DNA of 64,000 bases from Mobula hypostoma (Eukaryota): positions 112,904,001 through 112,968,000 of the forward strand of contig NC_086097.1 in NCBI RefSeq assembly GCF_963921235.1, read 5' to 3'. Positions 1 to 12,307 of the stretch are shown piece by piece. The number at the start of each line of letters is the position of its first letter. The stretch's first letter is position 1. Below the pieces are notes generated by a model. That model made no database searches. It had not been told where the DNA came from and saw only the letters and a list, made by a program, of their open reading frames with translations. The translations under genes were made by a program, and so were the position numbers.

Positions 1-309
1 CTTTTCAAACTTCTCTGATGCTATGTGCTCGTGATGCCACTGTAAGTAAATTTTCCATTGCACCTGTGTGTATAGTACAATAAACTTGATTTTGAATTGT
101 AATTCCTGAAATAAAATTCAGAGGTATTTACTTCCATGTCAAACCTCTGGAATTCTGATGTGGTTTGTGTTGGCTATGACTCTGTGTACACTCTTTACTC
201 TGTCGGAAGGTTATAAGTTCAAATCCAGAAATACAAACACAGAAGTTGAGTCAAACACTTAAGAATAGAACAGTATGTGCTGTACTGTCTTTTGGAACTG
301 AGGATTTAT

Positions 310-585
310 TTTTTATTTTATTTAGATCTACGATGTGAAGCAGGGCCTTCTAGCCCACAAGCCGTGCTGCCTAGCATCCCACCAATTTAACCCTCGCCTA
401 ATCACAGGGCAATTTACAATGACCAATTAATGTACTAACTGGAATGTCTTCAGACAGTGGGAGAAAACCGGAGCACCCCGAGGAAGCACACGCACACAAC
501 AAAGAACATACTTTTTCACAGAGGGCGCTGGAATTGAACTCTGAACTCTGACACCCTGACCTGTAAAAGCATTCCGCTATCGTGG
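310..585 (-). mobile_element. V-SINE-type (tRNA-derived) SINE
   Basis: Minus strand has a B-box-like gagttcaattcc, the central ttcctcggggtgctccggttttctcccac domain and an (aaat)n tail. Related copies at ~6835-7090 (-), ~32925-33135 (+), ~35255-35470 (+) and ~43490-43780 (+). Confidence 0.7.
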
Positions 586-883
586 GCCCAAAGCCTTGAA
601 TGCTCACTCAGAAAAATCTGTGGAACCATCTCTAAGAACAGCATGCAAGTTATCTCCTTTGAAATGCTGAACAACCATTCATCAATCAACAACATCCAAA
701 TATACGCATGATGACTTAGAATTTGCCATGTACAATTTGCTAGCTACATTTATTACCTTATAAAGGACTACACCTGAAAAGATCAATGACGAGAGAGTGT
801 TTTCACTTGAGGGGAAGCACAGAGCCGTAAGCTATCTATAAGACATGAAGTGTCGGAGTTGAATAATATAGATATACTTTAGA

Positions 884-963
884 GAAGGGTTCCCAACCTG
901 GAGTCCTTGGATTCCTTGGTTAATGATAAGGGTTCATGGCATATAAAAGGTTGAAAACCCCTG
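884..963. mobile_element. 80-bp hAT-type MITE
   Basis: Imperfect TIRs gaagggttcccaacct / aggttgaaaacccctg. An inverted 80-bp copy lies at 32374-32453. Confidence 0.65.
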
Positions 964-1399
964 ACTTAAGTGAAGGCAAATGAAGAATTATGTGTAACCA
1001 GGTGACGGTTGAATATTATTTTTATTGTTAAAAGTGCACATATGTATTCACAACAGTAATGATACAATAGCTGCCTGTGCCTTTAAGAAAAAATGGTAAC
1101 ATCATTGTGCACGTGTGGAGTAGAAAATAAGGGTTACAGTGTTCTAGAAAGCATGGGAGTGCTGGGAGCAGCTTTTCCCCAATGTGCTGGTCGTATGGTA
1201 AGGAAAGATTTTCACATGTAAGGTATCGGCACTGGAGATCATGGTCGAACGAGTTCCTTATCGGCCTAGTAGCGTAAGCAAGAAGAACTGGTTTCAAGGT
1301 CTAGCCCAGGCTACAAAATATGGAAAAGAGGTTTACACTGACAGTCTAACGTGAGGAAGAATCTTCAAATGAACCATAAATGCCTATATTGCATGGTCG

Positions 1400-1720
1400 G
1401 TTTCATAGAGTCATAGAACATTATAGCACAGAAACAGGCCCTTCAGCCCTTCTACTCCATGCCAAACTGTTATTCTACTTAATTCCATCAATCCACACCA
1501 GGCCCATAGCCCTCCATGCCCTTCTCATCCAAATACCTATCCAAACTTCTCTTAAAAGTCGCAATTGAACCCACTTCCACCACTTCTGCTGGCAGCTCGT
1601 TCCACACTTCCACCACTCTCCGAGTGAAAAAGTCCGCCCCCACCCCTGCAGGTTCCTCTTAAACATCTCACCTTTCACCCTTAACCTTTGACCTCTGTTT
1701 TCAGTGCCATACATTCAATC
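1400..1720 (-). mobile_element. CR1 LINE 3' end fragment
   Basis: RGQRLRVKGEMFKRNLQG...FSL is a CR1 ORF2 C-terminus; (ctatgact)-type tail. Confidence 0.7.
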
Positions 1721-1737
1721 ATGGTTGTGACACTGAA

Positions 1738-1837
1738 GCAACACACACAGAATGCTGGAGGAACTCAGCAGGCCTGGCAGTATCCATGGAAAGGAGTAAA
1801 CAGTCAACGTTTCTGGCTGAGACCCTTCATCAGGACT
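1738..1837 (-). mobile_element. Short PLE terminal-repeat copy carrying a hammerhead motif (1801-1837)
   Basis: Minus strand AGTC CTGATGA AGGGTCTCAGCCA GAAA C GTT GACTG, followed by the same 3' terminus as the PLE at 5500-5597. Confidence 0.75.
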
Positions 1838-3079
1838 TCATCTTGAATATAATACTCAGACTCTTTAGACAACAACTCACTCACTCTTCACAGTCAGGTG
1901 CAGGATACAAAGACAATGGCACACGGGATCCCTAATCTCAACACGTCATGGCACTTTCAAGATTTATGCACATATGGTATTCTTAGCTCTTCCAGCCCTG
2001 CCCAATCCCATGAATGATGTTACTTAGTCGCTGACATCAATCCTCAGTTTCCTTCCTTCAGTATGTACTGTATCACTTCACATTACTTTATTTTGAACTT
2101 CATCTGCCAATTTCCTACTCAATCTGCCTGGATCAATATAGTCTATTCCTCTATTTCACATATACTATATGGTGTTGTTCAAGACAACATATCCAGTCCT
2201 AGCACTGAACCCTGTGGAATGTCACTGTCTATAATCTTCCATCTGAAAATCGAGTGTTTACCCTTATCAGCTGCTTTGTGGGACAGGACACTCCACAGAA
2301 CACTCCTTTATCAGTTTTGTTCACCAACTTGTTCACCAATTTAGTCAAATAATTTCTTAAAATTCACACGGATGGCACTTTCTGTATTCCATCATGAACC
2401 TTCCCTATTATCAAAAAATTCTGTCAGGTCAGTCAGACATGATTCACCTTCTACAAGTCTGTGCTGGCTACCCTTATTACCTATCTATCTATGCACAATT
2501 TGTCATCTTTTGTAAATTGGATGTTTGTCAGTTTTTGTTTATGCATAGTTTTTCATAAATTCTATTGTATTTCTTTATTTTCCTGTAAATGTCTGCGATA
2601 AAATGAATCTCAAGGTGACCATATATGTATTTTGAAAATAAACTTACTTTGACTTTATCAATACAAACTCCTCTAAGTGCCAATTACTTTTTATCTGGAT
2701 GATCGTTTCAAAAGCTCCCTCACCACTGAAGTTATTCTATTCAGTTTGAAATGTCTGGGAAAGACAAGATTGTCTTTCTACAGTACTCTAGTGCCTCCTG
2801 CCAGTCTTTTGTTTCAACTTACCTTGGCCAAGTTCCATTCTATTAGATTTCCTAAAACAAGAAGATCAACTTCAAATTTCTCCTCATCCTTCTCCAGTTC
2901 TGAGATAAATCTCACAATTTGATGATCAAGTATTCTCCCAATAATATTTCACTTTCTAGGCCATTTAATTCCTCAACACCAGATCCAGGCCCACCACGCT
3001 CTCTTTCGGGCCCAAACCATATTGGTTCTGGAAGATATTCTGAACATAGCTCAGAAGTTCCACGTGTTCTTTGAACTAA

Positions 3080-3545
3080 AGATGGTGCCTGGACTAGAGA
3101 GCATGCCTTATGAGCATAGATTGAGCAAGCAAGACCTTTGCTCTCTGGAGAATGGGAGGATGAGAGGTGATTTGCTAGAGGTGTATAAGAGACATAGAAT
3201 GAGTGGATAGCCTGAGACTTCTTCCCAGGATGGAAATGGCTAATATAAGGGGGCATAATTTTAAGATGATTGGAGGAAGGTATGGGGGAGGGTGTGGAGA
3301 AGTATGTCAGTGGTATGATTATTTTCTACACAAAGGCTGGTGGAGCATGGAACTCACTGTCAGGAGTGGTGGTAGAGGCAGATACATTAGGGGCATTTAA
3401 GAAATTCTTGCATAGGCACATGGATGATTAAAAATGGAGAGCTATGTAGGAGAGAAGGGTTAGATTCATCTTAGGGTAGGTTAAAAGGTCGGCATATATC
3501 ATTGGTCAAAGGGAGTGTGCTGTGCTTTTCTCTGTGCTGTGTGTT
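3080..3545 (+). mobile_element. CR1 LINE 3' fragment
   Basis: MVPGLESMPYEHRL...SLENGRMRGDLLEVYK and RGHNFKMIG are CR1 ORF2 C-terminal motifs. Confidence 0.75.
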
Positions 3546-4351
3546 GTAATGCTGACATTGAAGTTAATGTTGGTGTATTTGAAATCCTTGAGCATCATTG
3601 TTTTACACTTTCACATCTCCATTAGTCTCCTCTACACTTTCTCTTATTTTGCACTTCTATCTCCAGAAAAAAGCATGACAAAACCCACTCGAATTGCATG
3701 AACATTGGTCCATATCCTGTTGAGGTGTGTCGCACATGTCTGATCTATTTGACCAAAGAATCTTGCCCTACACACCTCTCAAGCACTACATTAATTCAGC
3801 TTATGCTTCTATTTTGCTCCTGCACTGAGAGCATTGAAAAGATTCCTACTGAAGGATGTACCTTCCTCTTCCTAGCTCCTGAAGGAGAGAGACATTATGT
3901 CCTGCTTTTTCTATGTCCTTGTAACAATGTATTCTAAGTGTACTGTCCTGGTTCACATCTTTACTGTTATACTGTAGGTAGTTCATTTAGCAGTTCTGTA
4001 AGAGCAGTCTGTTCTGCTGTCAGCCTGTTTGGGTTATTGTTGAAGATAATGATGTGGAATGTGTGCCATCCAATTACGATGGTGGAACTGGGGGGAGTTT
4101 TTTTTTGGTGAGGGGCACTAAGTTTGGTCTTGGGTCTTTTGTTCGACAGGGAATAAAAAGAGAACTGGTCATATGATATGACCCGGTGGTAGACCCGTTT
4201 ATTCGAGATAGATTGCGAGCAACAGTCAGAAGATGGTGTGAGCTTTCACGCAGACCGAGGGCCCAGCATGTGAGTGCCAGAGAAGTTCAAGATGAACTCC
4301 AACTTGTGCACATTTGACTCTTTATTTAGAATGGGCCCATTTTGTCTTTTC

Positions 4352-5597
4352 ACCCTGTCTCTTGCAAAAACGCCATCCCCTTCTCGCAATTCCTCCGTCT
4401 CCGCCGCATCTGCTCTCAGGATGAGGCTTTTCATTCTAGGACGAGGGAGATGTCTTCATTTTTTAAAGAAAGGGGCTTCCCTTCCTCCACTATCAACTCT
4501 GCTCTTAAACGCATCTCCCCCATTTCACGTACATCTGCTCTCACTCCATCCTCCCACCACCCCACTAGGAATAGGGTTCCCCTGGTCCTCACCTACCACC
4601 CCACCAGCCTCCGGGTCCAACATATTATTCTCCGTAACTTCCGCCACCTCCAACGGGATCCCACCACTAAGCATATCTTTCCCTCCCCGCCTCTCTCTGC
4701 ATTCCGCAGGGATCGCTCCCTACACAACTCCCTTGTCCATTCGTCCCCCCCATCCCTCCCCACTGATCTCCCTCCTGGCACTTATCCGTGTAAGCGGAAC
4801 AAGTGCTACACATGCCCTTACACTTCCTCCCTTACCACCATTCAGGGCCCCAAACTTCACCTGTGAGTCGACTGGGGTGATATACTGCGTCCGGTGCTCC
4901 CGATGTGGCCTTTTATATATTGGTGAGACCCGACGCAGACTGGGAGACCGCTTTGCTGAACATCTACGCTCTGTCCGCCAGAGAAAGCAGGATCTCCCAG
5001 TGGCCACACATTTTAATTCCACATCCCATTCCCATTCTGACATGTCTATCCACGGCCTCCTCTACTGTAAAGATGAAGCCACACTCAGGTTGGAGGAACA
5101 ACACCTTATATTCCGTCTGGGTAGCCTCCAACCTGATGGCATGAACATTGACTTCTCTAACTTCCGCTAGGCCCCACCTCCCCCTCGTACCCCATCTGTT
5201 ACTCTTTTTAATGCACACATTCTTTCTCTCACTCTCCTTTTTCTCCCTCTGTCCCTCTGAATATACCTCTTGCCCATCCTCTGGGTCACCCCCCTCCCGT
5301 CTTTCTTCCCGGACCTCCTGTCCCATGATCCTCTCGTATCCCCTTCTGCCTATCACCTGTCCAGCTCTCGGCTCCATCCCTCCCCCTCCTGTCTTCTCCT
5401 ATCATTTTGCATCTCCCCCTCCCCCTCCAGCTTTCAAATCCCTTACTCACTCTTCCTTCAGTTAGTCCTGACGAAGGGTCTCGGCCTGAAACGTCGACTG
5501 CGCCTCTTCCTATAGATGCTGCCTGGCCTGCTGCGTTCACCAGCAACTTTGATGTATGTTGCTTGAATTTCCAGCATCTGCAGAATTCCTGTTGTTT
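4352..5597 (+). mobile_element. 5'-truncated Penelope-like element (RT thumb/linker, GIY-YIG endonuclease, terminal repeat)
   Basis: KNAIPFSQFLRLRRICS...CKRNKCYTC, then after a frameshift near 4852 GVIYCVRCSRCGLLYIGETRRRLGDRFAEH...E...GMN (GIY-YIG). Perfect 15-bp TSD CCATTTTGTCTTTTC at 4337-4351 and 5598-5612. Confidence 0.93.
5463..5500 (+). ncRNA. Minimal type I hammerhead ribozyme motif in the PLE terminal repeat
   Basis: Stem I TAGTC/GACTG; core CTGACGA (5468-5474); stem II AGG/CCT; GAAA (5488-5491); loopless palindromic stem III ACGT; GUC triplet with predicted cleavage after 5495. Confidence 0.85.
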
Positions 5598-7129
5598 CCA
5601 TTTTGTCTTTTCTTTCTTTTCTTTACTAACCCTTTAGTTAAGTAAGATTCATAAATATAATTCCTTTAATCGTATGCAGTGTGCTGTCTGTTATTTCTTG
5701 GCACTGAGTTGTAACAGGGTAGCAAATGACAGCATCCACACAAACCGGGGCTTGGGTTGGGAGAGCCATCTCAATCGCACGGGTTTGGTGGGACCGGTGA
5801 TGTCTTTCCTAGACTTAGGCAGCCAAGGAAACCAGCGGGGCTTCATAAGATTTCCGGTTTTCATTCTTCCAATGCTTTCTTCCTGCACCAGGAAGGCAAC
5901 ACACCATCAGAAGCTCAGAATAAGAGTGAAAGAAACACTCATCATCTCTTTAACTGTATAATCCTGTTTGACAATTGTATTCGTGCCCTTTGTTATTCCA
6001 ACTAAAGCTGTCCCTGGTCCTTTGGTGACATTCTCTGAGAACATAGAACTTTAAGTTGATGTCTATTGAAACATATTCAAACTGAATACCAGTTTAAGAT
6101 CCTGAAGATTCTTCATTCTTTGCACCCATATATTGTCCTCAACTCTCTGACTGCAGAGAAGTCAACTTTTGGAGTGCAAGATCCAGGAATTCCTCAGCTT
6201 CAAAAACGTTCCACGTTAAAGCCTCAGGCTAGGAATGCTGGAGATGTTCCCCGATCATGCACCGAGTGAACATTCCCAGCTTGAGAGGTGGTTAGGTTTA
6301 TCATGGAACATTTTGGAAGTTAAATATTCTAAAACGTTCCATATTAAATTTAGCCACCCCTTAAGGTAGAAATTTTACACATCCTGAAATTTCTTCATTT
6401 CAGAAACTCAGGCAGTAGGTCTCAAAATATGCATCACATTCTTTTACATTTGCTTTTTTGCTTCTCATTGATCGCATCACTCCTTCCATTATCTTTCCAG
6501 TTTTCAAGCATTATATCAGCTATTTACAATTTTAATCTTGTTAATAACTATCCTTAAATTAATAATTATAAGTTGCTCATTTCTTGCTGTAACTGGTAAT
6601 TTGACCTAGCTGATCGTTTGGTTCTTTTAATAAAATTGTTATTTTGTTTTAACTTAACTGCATGCACAGTATTATTATTTATTTATAATACACAGCAAGA
6701 TTCCAGATCTCCAAATACTGCACTCTGTACCTCACTCTTATTAAGGCATGTTAAAGTTCTCCATGTATTTAGCTATCCTTTGATATCTGTACTTGTTATT
6801 CAAGAAACTTATTAAGTTGACCAAATGACCAGCTATTTATTTATTTATTGAGATACAGTGCAGAATACGCCTTTCCAAACTTTTGAGCTGCACCGCCAAG
6901 CACCCCTTGATTTATCAGTAGCCTATCACAGGACAATTTATAATGAACAATTAACCTTCCAATCGGTACATCTTTGGGCTGTGGGAGAAAACTGGAACAC
7001 CAGGAGGAAACAGGGAGAGTGGACAAATTCCTTACATGCAGTGGCAGAAATTGAACACGGTTCACGAGTACTGTAAAGCATTGTGTTAACTATTAATTAA
7101 CTGCTCACTGCCACTGACAAGCAGTTTTG

Positions 7130-7555
7130 AGTCACAGGGAGAGTTAGGCAGTTTGGGACATCATTTATTGGATTGTTTTTGTGAATGAGAAGTGACCATA
7201 CCAAATTGTATAAAATCATGAAGAGCTTAGAATCGAGTCTTTTTCCAAAGGGAAAGGTTATCAAATTGGAGAGTTTATAGGTTTAAGGTGAGAGGAAAGA
7301 CTAAAAGAGGACCCAGCTAGTGACTGCATCGCACAGAAAGTGATGCATTTATGGAATGAACTTCCAAAGGAAATGGTTAAAGCAGGTACAATAGCAACAT
7401 TGAAAAGACACTTGACAGATACATGCATGGATAGGTTTAGAGGGATATGGTCCAAACATGGGCAAATGGGACTACTTAGATGGGCACCTAGATCAGAATA
7501 AATGAGTTAGGTTGAAGGGCATTTCTTTGTGTTGTATTACTCTATGACTCTATGA
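7130..7555 (+). mobile_element. Degenerate CR1 3' fragment
   Basis: CR1-like C-terminal sequence ending in a (ctctatga)n tail. Confidence 0.6.
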
Positions 7556-8204
7556 GCAGTTTACTATTAGCTAACGCAGTAAAAGAAATTAAAAGCTTAA
7601 ATTGTCACAATGTGCACTGGCAATATTGGAACTCAAGTACAGAGGAATGACAGACTCTGATGTAGAGATGGTGACAAGAGGTTACTCATAATAATTCCAA
7701 AAGAACATTGGTGGTTTGGCCAAGCAACACCATGAGAAGTAATATGCTCGTAACTAGGACCCCATGAATAGCAGCAATCAGGCATCCACTTAAATAGTAC
7801 AATTAACATGCAATCCCCGAGCCTGTCAAAATAAACTTAACAAGCTTAAACAGAAAGCACCAGGAGACTCCATTACAGAGGGTGAGTTGCCTGAGAACAA
7901 GACAAAGAACTCTAAACAATTAATGACTGTTGCTAAACAACAACTAACCATTTCAGGAGCTCTAAAAACCTCGAAGCCCAATGTTTTCCACTGCCACGCA
8001 CAAGCTTGAAGAGCTCATTGCATAAATTAATTACAAGCTAAATTTGTTAATTTCTTCATGTGAAAAAATAAAACTTCATGCCACTCCCCCCCCCACCCCA
8101 CTCAGACGTAACAGGGATAAGGTTTCCCTTGTCTTCACCTATTATCCCACAAGTTTCCACATCCAACGTGTCATTCTCCACAACTTTCACCATCTTCAAC
8201 ACAC

Positions 8205-9400
8205 TCAGAATCAGAACCAGGTTTATTATCACGTGCTTTGTGACAGCATTTTAGTGCGATACATAGCATACACTATAAATAACATCAAGAAATATTTTTA
8301 AAGTAAGTGCAAAACGAGAGGAAAAAAGTGAGATGTTCATAGTCTGTTCAAAAATCAGATAGCAGAGGGGAAGAAGCTGTTCCTCAAATGTTGAGTGTGC
8401 ACCTGCAGGCTTCTGTACCTCCTCCCTTATTATAGTAATGAGAGGAGGGCACATCCTAAACAGTAATGTTCTTAATGCCTTGTTGCCTCCATATCAGACA
8501 GTGATGTAATCAGTCAGAATGCTCTCAAAGCTTCAAAGGTCCAATGTAATGTCAGAGAAATGTATACAATATACATCCTGAAATGCTTTTTCTTCACAAA
8601 CATCTACGAAAACAGAGGAGCGTCCCAAAGTCTGAACAACAGTTAAACATAAGAACCCCAAAGTCCCCCCCAGCTCCCCTCCCTCCCGTGCGTAAGCGGT
8701 AGCAAGCAACCATCCCCCTCCCCCCACCAGCAAACGTCGGCACCGCCACCGAGCACTCAGCGTGAACAAAGCAACAGCGAAGACACAGACTTGCAGTTAC
8801 CCCAAAGACTTTGCATTTCACCCGATATTCGACATACCACAGGTTCTCTCTCTCCCTAATAAGGAAGAGGGAGGTGTCTCACAGCACATCTGTAGAAAGT
8901 TGCTAGTCATTGGTGACAACTAAATCTCCTCAGGCCCCATGTAAAATATAGTTGCTGGTGTGCCTTTCTTGTAATTGCATCAATATGTTGAACCTCGTTG
9001 CAGAGGGAGGTAGAGGGGCCCAGACTTTGAAGCTTATTCATTACTACTGAGGAGATGATAGTGTTGACAACTGAGCTGTAATCAATAAACAACAACCTGA
9101 CATAGGTATTGCTATTGGTCAGGTGATCCAAGGCCAAGTGGACAGTCAAAGAGATTATATCCACTCTAGACCTATTGTGGCGATAGACAATCTGCAGTGG
9201 GTCCAGATCTTTCCTTGGGCAGGAGTTTATTCTGGCCATGACCAACCTCTCAAAGTACTTCATCACATTAAATGTACTTCGCCACTGAGTGATTGTTATT
9301 GAGACAACTCACTCTGCTCTTCATGGGCACTGGTATGATTGATGTCCTTTGGAAGCAGGTGGCGACATCTGATCGAAGCAGTAGAGGCTGAAGATGTCAT
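8205..9400 (-). mobile_element. Rex1/Babar-type LINE fragments (RT and 3' UTRs, nested)
   Basis: MKYFERLV...DPLQIVYRHNRS..D.I....H.ALDHL...NTYVRLLFIDYSS..NTI is the Rex/Babar RT signature; (cagaat)n tail at ~8206. Confidence 0.75.
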
Positions 9401-9419
9401 CCCACCACAAGGTACATCT

Positions 9420-10470
9420 TCACAAGAGATCCTGCAGATGCTGGAAAATCCAGAGCAGCACACACAAAATGCTGGAGGAACTCAGCAGCTCAGCCAACAT
9501 ATACAGTACTGAATAAAGGGTCAACGTTTCAGGCCGTGACCCTTCATCAGGACTGGAAAGGAAGGGGGATAGTGCCAGAAGAAGAAGGTGGAGAAATGGA
9601 GAAGGAGGACAAGCTAAAAGGTAATAGGTGAAGTTCAATGGGCAGCGGGAATGGGGGGGGGTGATGAAGAAAGGAGCAGGGAGGTAATAGACAAATGGCC
9701 ACAGAAGAAAGAAACTGATAGGAGAAGAGAATGGATCATGGGAGAAAGGGAAGGAGGAGGGACACCAGGGGAAGGTGATTGGCAGGTGAGGAAAAGATGT
9801 AAGAAACCAGAGTGGGGAAATGAAGAAGAGGGAAGGGGAGGGGGGAATTATTACTGGAAGCTGGAGAAATCGATATTCATGCCACCAAGTTGGGGGCTAC
9901 CTAGACAGAATATGAGGTGTTCATCTTTCAGCCTATGAGAGGCCTCATCATGGCAGAAGAGAAGGCCATGGACCACCATGTTGGAATGGGGATAGGAATT
10001 GAAGTTGTTGGATTCCGGGAATTTCCACTTCTTGCAGATGGAGTTGAGGTGTTTGACAAAGCTGTCCCCCAATCTACTTTGGATACTATATTTAGAAGGC
10101 CAAATCAGGAGCACCAGATACAATAGACGACCCCAACAGATTTGCAGGTGAAGTGTTGTCTCACCTGGAGCAGGTGTAGTACTTCTGCCACTTGCAGGGA
10201 TAAATGCCAGGAGGGAAATTAGTGGGTCAAATAGGCAAGGGGATCATGGATGGAGCAATCCCTGCAGAAAGCTAAGATTGGGGGAGGAGGGAAAGATGTG
10301 TTTGGTGGTTAGGTCCCGTTGAAGATTATGGAAGTTGCAGAGAATGAAGTGTCGGATACAGGAGCTCATGGGGTGGAAAGATGTCCAGGAAATGAAGGAG
10401 ATACAGATAAAGATAGCATCAATAGTGGAGGAAGGGAAACCCCATTCCTTGAAGAAGGAGGACATCTTCA
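9420..10470 (-). mobile_element. Degenerate Penelope-like element with hammerhead motif (9518-9555)
   Basis: ORFs MSSFFKEWGFPSSTIDA and HLIFCLGSPQLGGMNIDFSSF are homologous to 4352-5170. Minus strand CAGTC CTGATGA AGGGTCACGGCCT GAAA C GTT GAC. Confidence 0.85.
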
Positions 10471-11330
10471 CCCCCTCTCCTCTTTCTGCTTTACACGGGG
10501 ATCACTTTTCCCACTCGTTCCTCCACACAGTTGTCAGTGTTACACCTACCCCAATCCCTCTTCCCTTACCACCAATCAGAACCCAAACAATCCTCCCAGG
10601 TGAAGCAGTCCTCCACTTGTGAATTTATTGCCATTATTTATTGCATTCTATGCAATTTCATCAATATCGGTGAGACATGATGCAGATTAGTGAAAATCAC
10701 TTTGTTGAGTATTTTCACTCCATTCCCTGTGGCAGGCAGGATCTCCTGGTGGCCAGAAATCTTACTTCCACTTTCCACACATACACCGATCTGTCTGACC
10801 ACAGCTTGAAGGAGTAGCACCTCATAGACGTGGTAGTCTCCAGCCACATGGTATGACCATGAATTTTTCCAACTCCTGGTAACCACTCCCCTCTCCCGTA
10901 CTCTCCATGTTTTCCCTTGTCTTACCGGCACCAATACCTTATCTCCTTCCCCCTCTCCATCCCTCTCGATCTGCCTATCACTCACACATTTCTCCTTCCA
11001 GTTCCCTTTCTCACCTCCTTCCCTTTATTCCATGGTCCACTATCCATTCCTATCAGACTCTATCTTATTCAGTCCTTTGTCACTTCCATCTATTACCTCC
11101 CAAGTTCTTACATCATTCCCATTCCACCCTCCTTATTGTCTGGCTCTCAGCTGGATCCACCTGTCACCCTCCAGCTCTTCAACCCCTCCCTGCACCATTT
11201 TACACCAGCTATCTCCCCGCTTCTTTCTCAGTCTTGAAGAAGGGCCTCGATCCAAAACGTCGACTGTCCTTTTCCCTCCATAGATGCTGCCTGAATGGCT
11301 GAGTTTCTCCAGCATTTTGTGTTTTGCTTT
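10466..11330 (+). mobile_element. Degenerate Penelope-like element 3' part, head-to-head with the previous copy
   Basis: Decayed GIY-YIG region, CT-rich UTR and the same terminus. Hammerhead core mutated (TTGAAGA...AAAA) at ~11229-11266. Confidence 0.75.
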
Positions 11331-11334
11331 ACAA

Positions 11335-12300
11335 TGAGTCTTTAGCTTCCCAGGGCTTTCTCAGTCCACCAAAAATTATTTAGCTCCCTCACCCTGCGCT
11401 GGACATTAGCTTTGACCTTGAGGTAAGCTTCTCTTTTGGCCTTGCTGCCAATGTCATTCTACCAGGCACAAAAGTCTTTCCTTTTCTTGGAGATAAGATG
11501 TTCTATCTCCATGCTGTTATCATCAGACCAATCCTGATGTTTTCTGAACTTGTACTCAAGAATGTTTTTGCAGGTATTAAGGATGGTACATTTAAGCAGA
11601 CCTCAGTGTTCTTCGACATCCTTTGCATATTCCCATTGGAGGTTTTCCCTAAACGGGGCCCGAAGGTGCTGCTGGGTGGCAGCGTCAAGCAGGCTTGCAA
11701 TTTTTAGTCTTGGCCTGGTCTGCTTCTTATGAACTCTCTTCTTTCTCATGAGTCTACTGGACATGAGGAAGCGGATCAGAAGAAGATATGTCCTGCAGTA
11801 ATCTGTGCTAATCATGGCTCTTGTAATATTCACATCACGGTGGTCCCCAGCTTGGACAAGGACCTAGTTAATGAGATGTCACTGCTTAGATTGGGCTGCC
11901 AAGACCCCTTGAATTTGTTTTTCTGGCAAAGAGAGTGTTTATGAAGGTAAAATTGTGCTTAGCACACATAGTGAGAAATAGTTCTCCATTTGAGTTGATG
12001 TTGCCAGTGCCTTCCTTTCCTATGGTACCCATCCAAAGTTTGAAGTCCTGACTGACTCTGGCATTGAAGTCCCCTAAGAGAATTATCTTATCCTCCTTGA
12101 AGATGCTTGACAGTGTCACATCTAGGCGAGCGTAGAAGACCACTTTTTCATTATCATGTGAATCCTGAGTAGATGCATAAGCACTCACGATGGCTGCCAT
12201 CTAGTTGTTGGAAAGCAACAAATGGATCGTCATGAGATGTTCACTGGTCCCCATGGGAAATTCAGAGTTGGCTAACAGACTAGTTCTTTATAGGAAACCC
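11335..12300 (-). mobile_element. RTE-clade LINE fragment (APE endonuclease)
   Basis: IVSAYAST...FYARLD...DKIILLGDFNARV...GTGNINSNGELFLTMCAKHNFTFINTLF is an RTE/BovB-type endonuclease. Confidence 0.8.
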
Positions 12301-12307
12301 AGTACCA

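Larger units (their letters stand above)
3939..5845 (+). mobile_element. Solo LTR (Gypsy-like, ~646 bp net) interrupted by a PLE
   Basis: TG (3939) ... CA (5845) flanked by a 4-bp TSD TAAG (3935-3938, 5846-5849). A homologous uninterrupted copy lies in the opposite orientation at 63323-64000. Confidence 0.75.

Noticed and set aside
4274..5170. 298-aa ORF as a host gene
   Set aside because: The N-terminal part is an off-frame read of LTR and PLE sequence. Only the C-terminal ~105 aa is the PLE GIY-YIG domain, joined by a frameshifting deletion.
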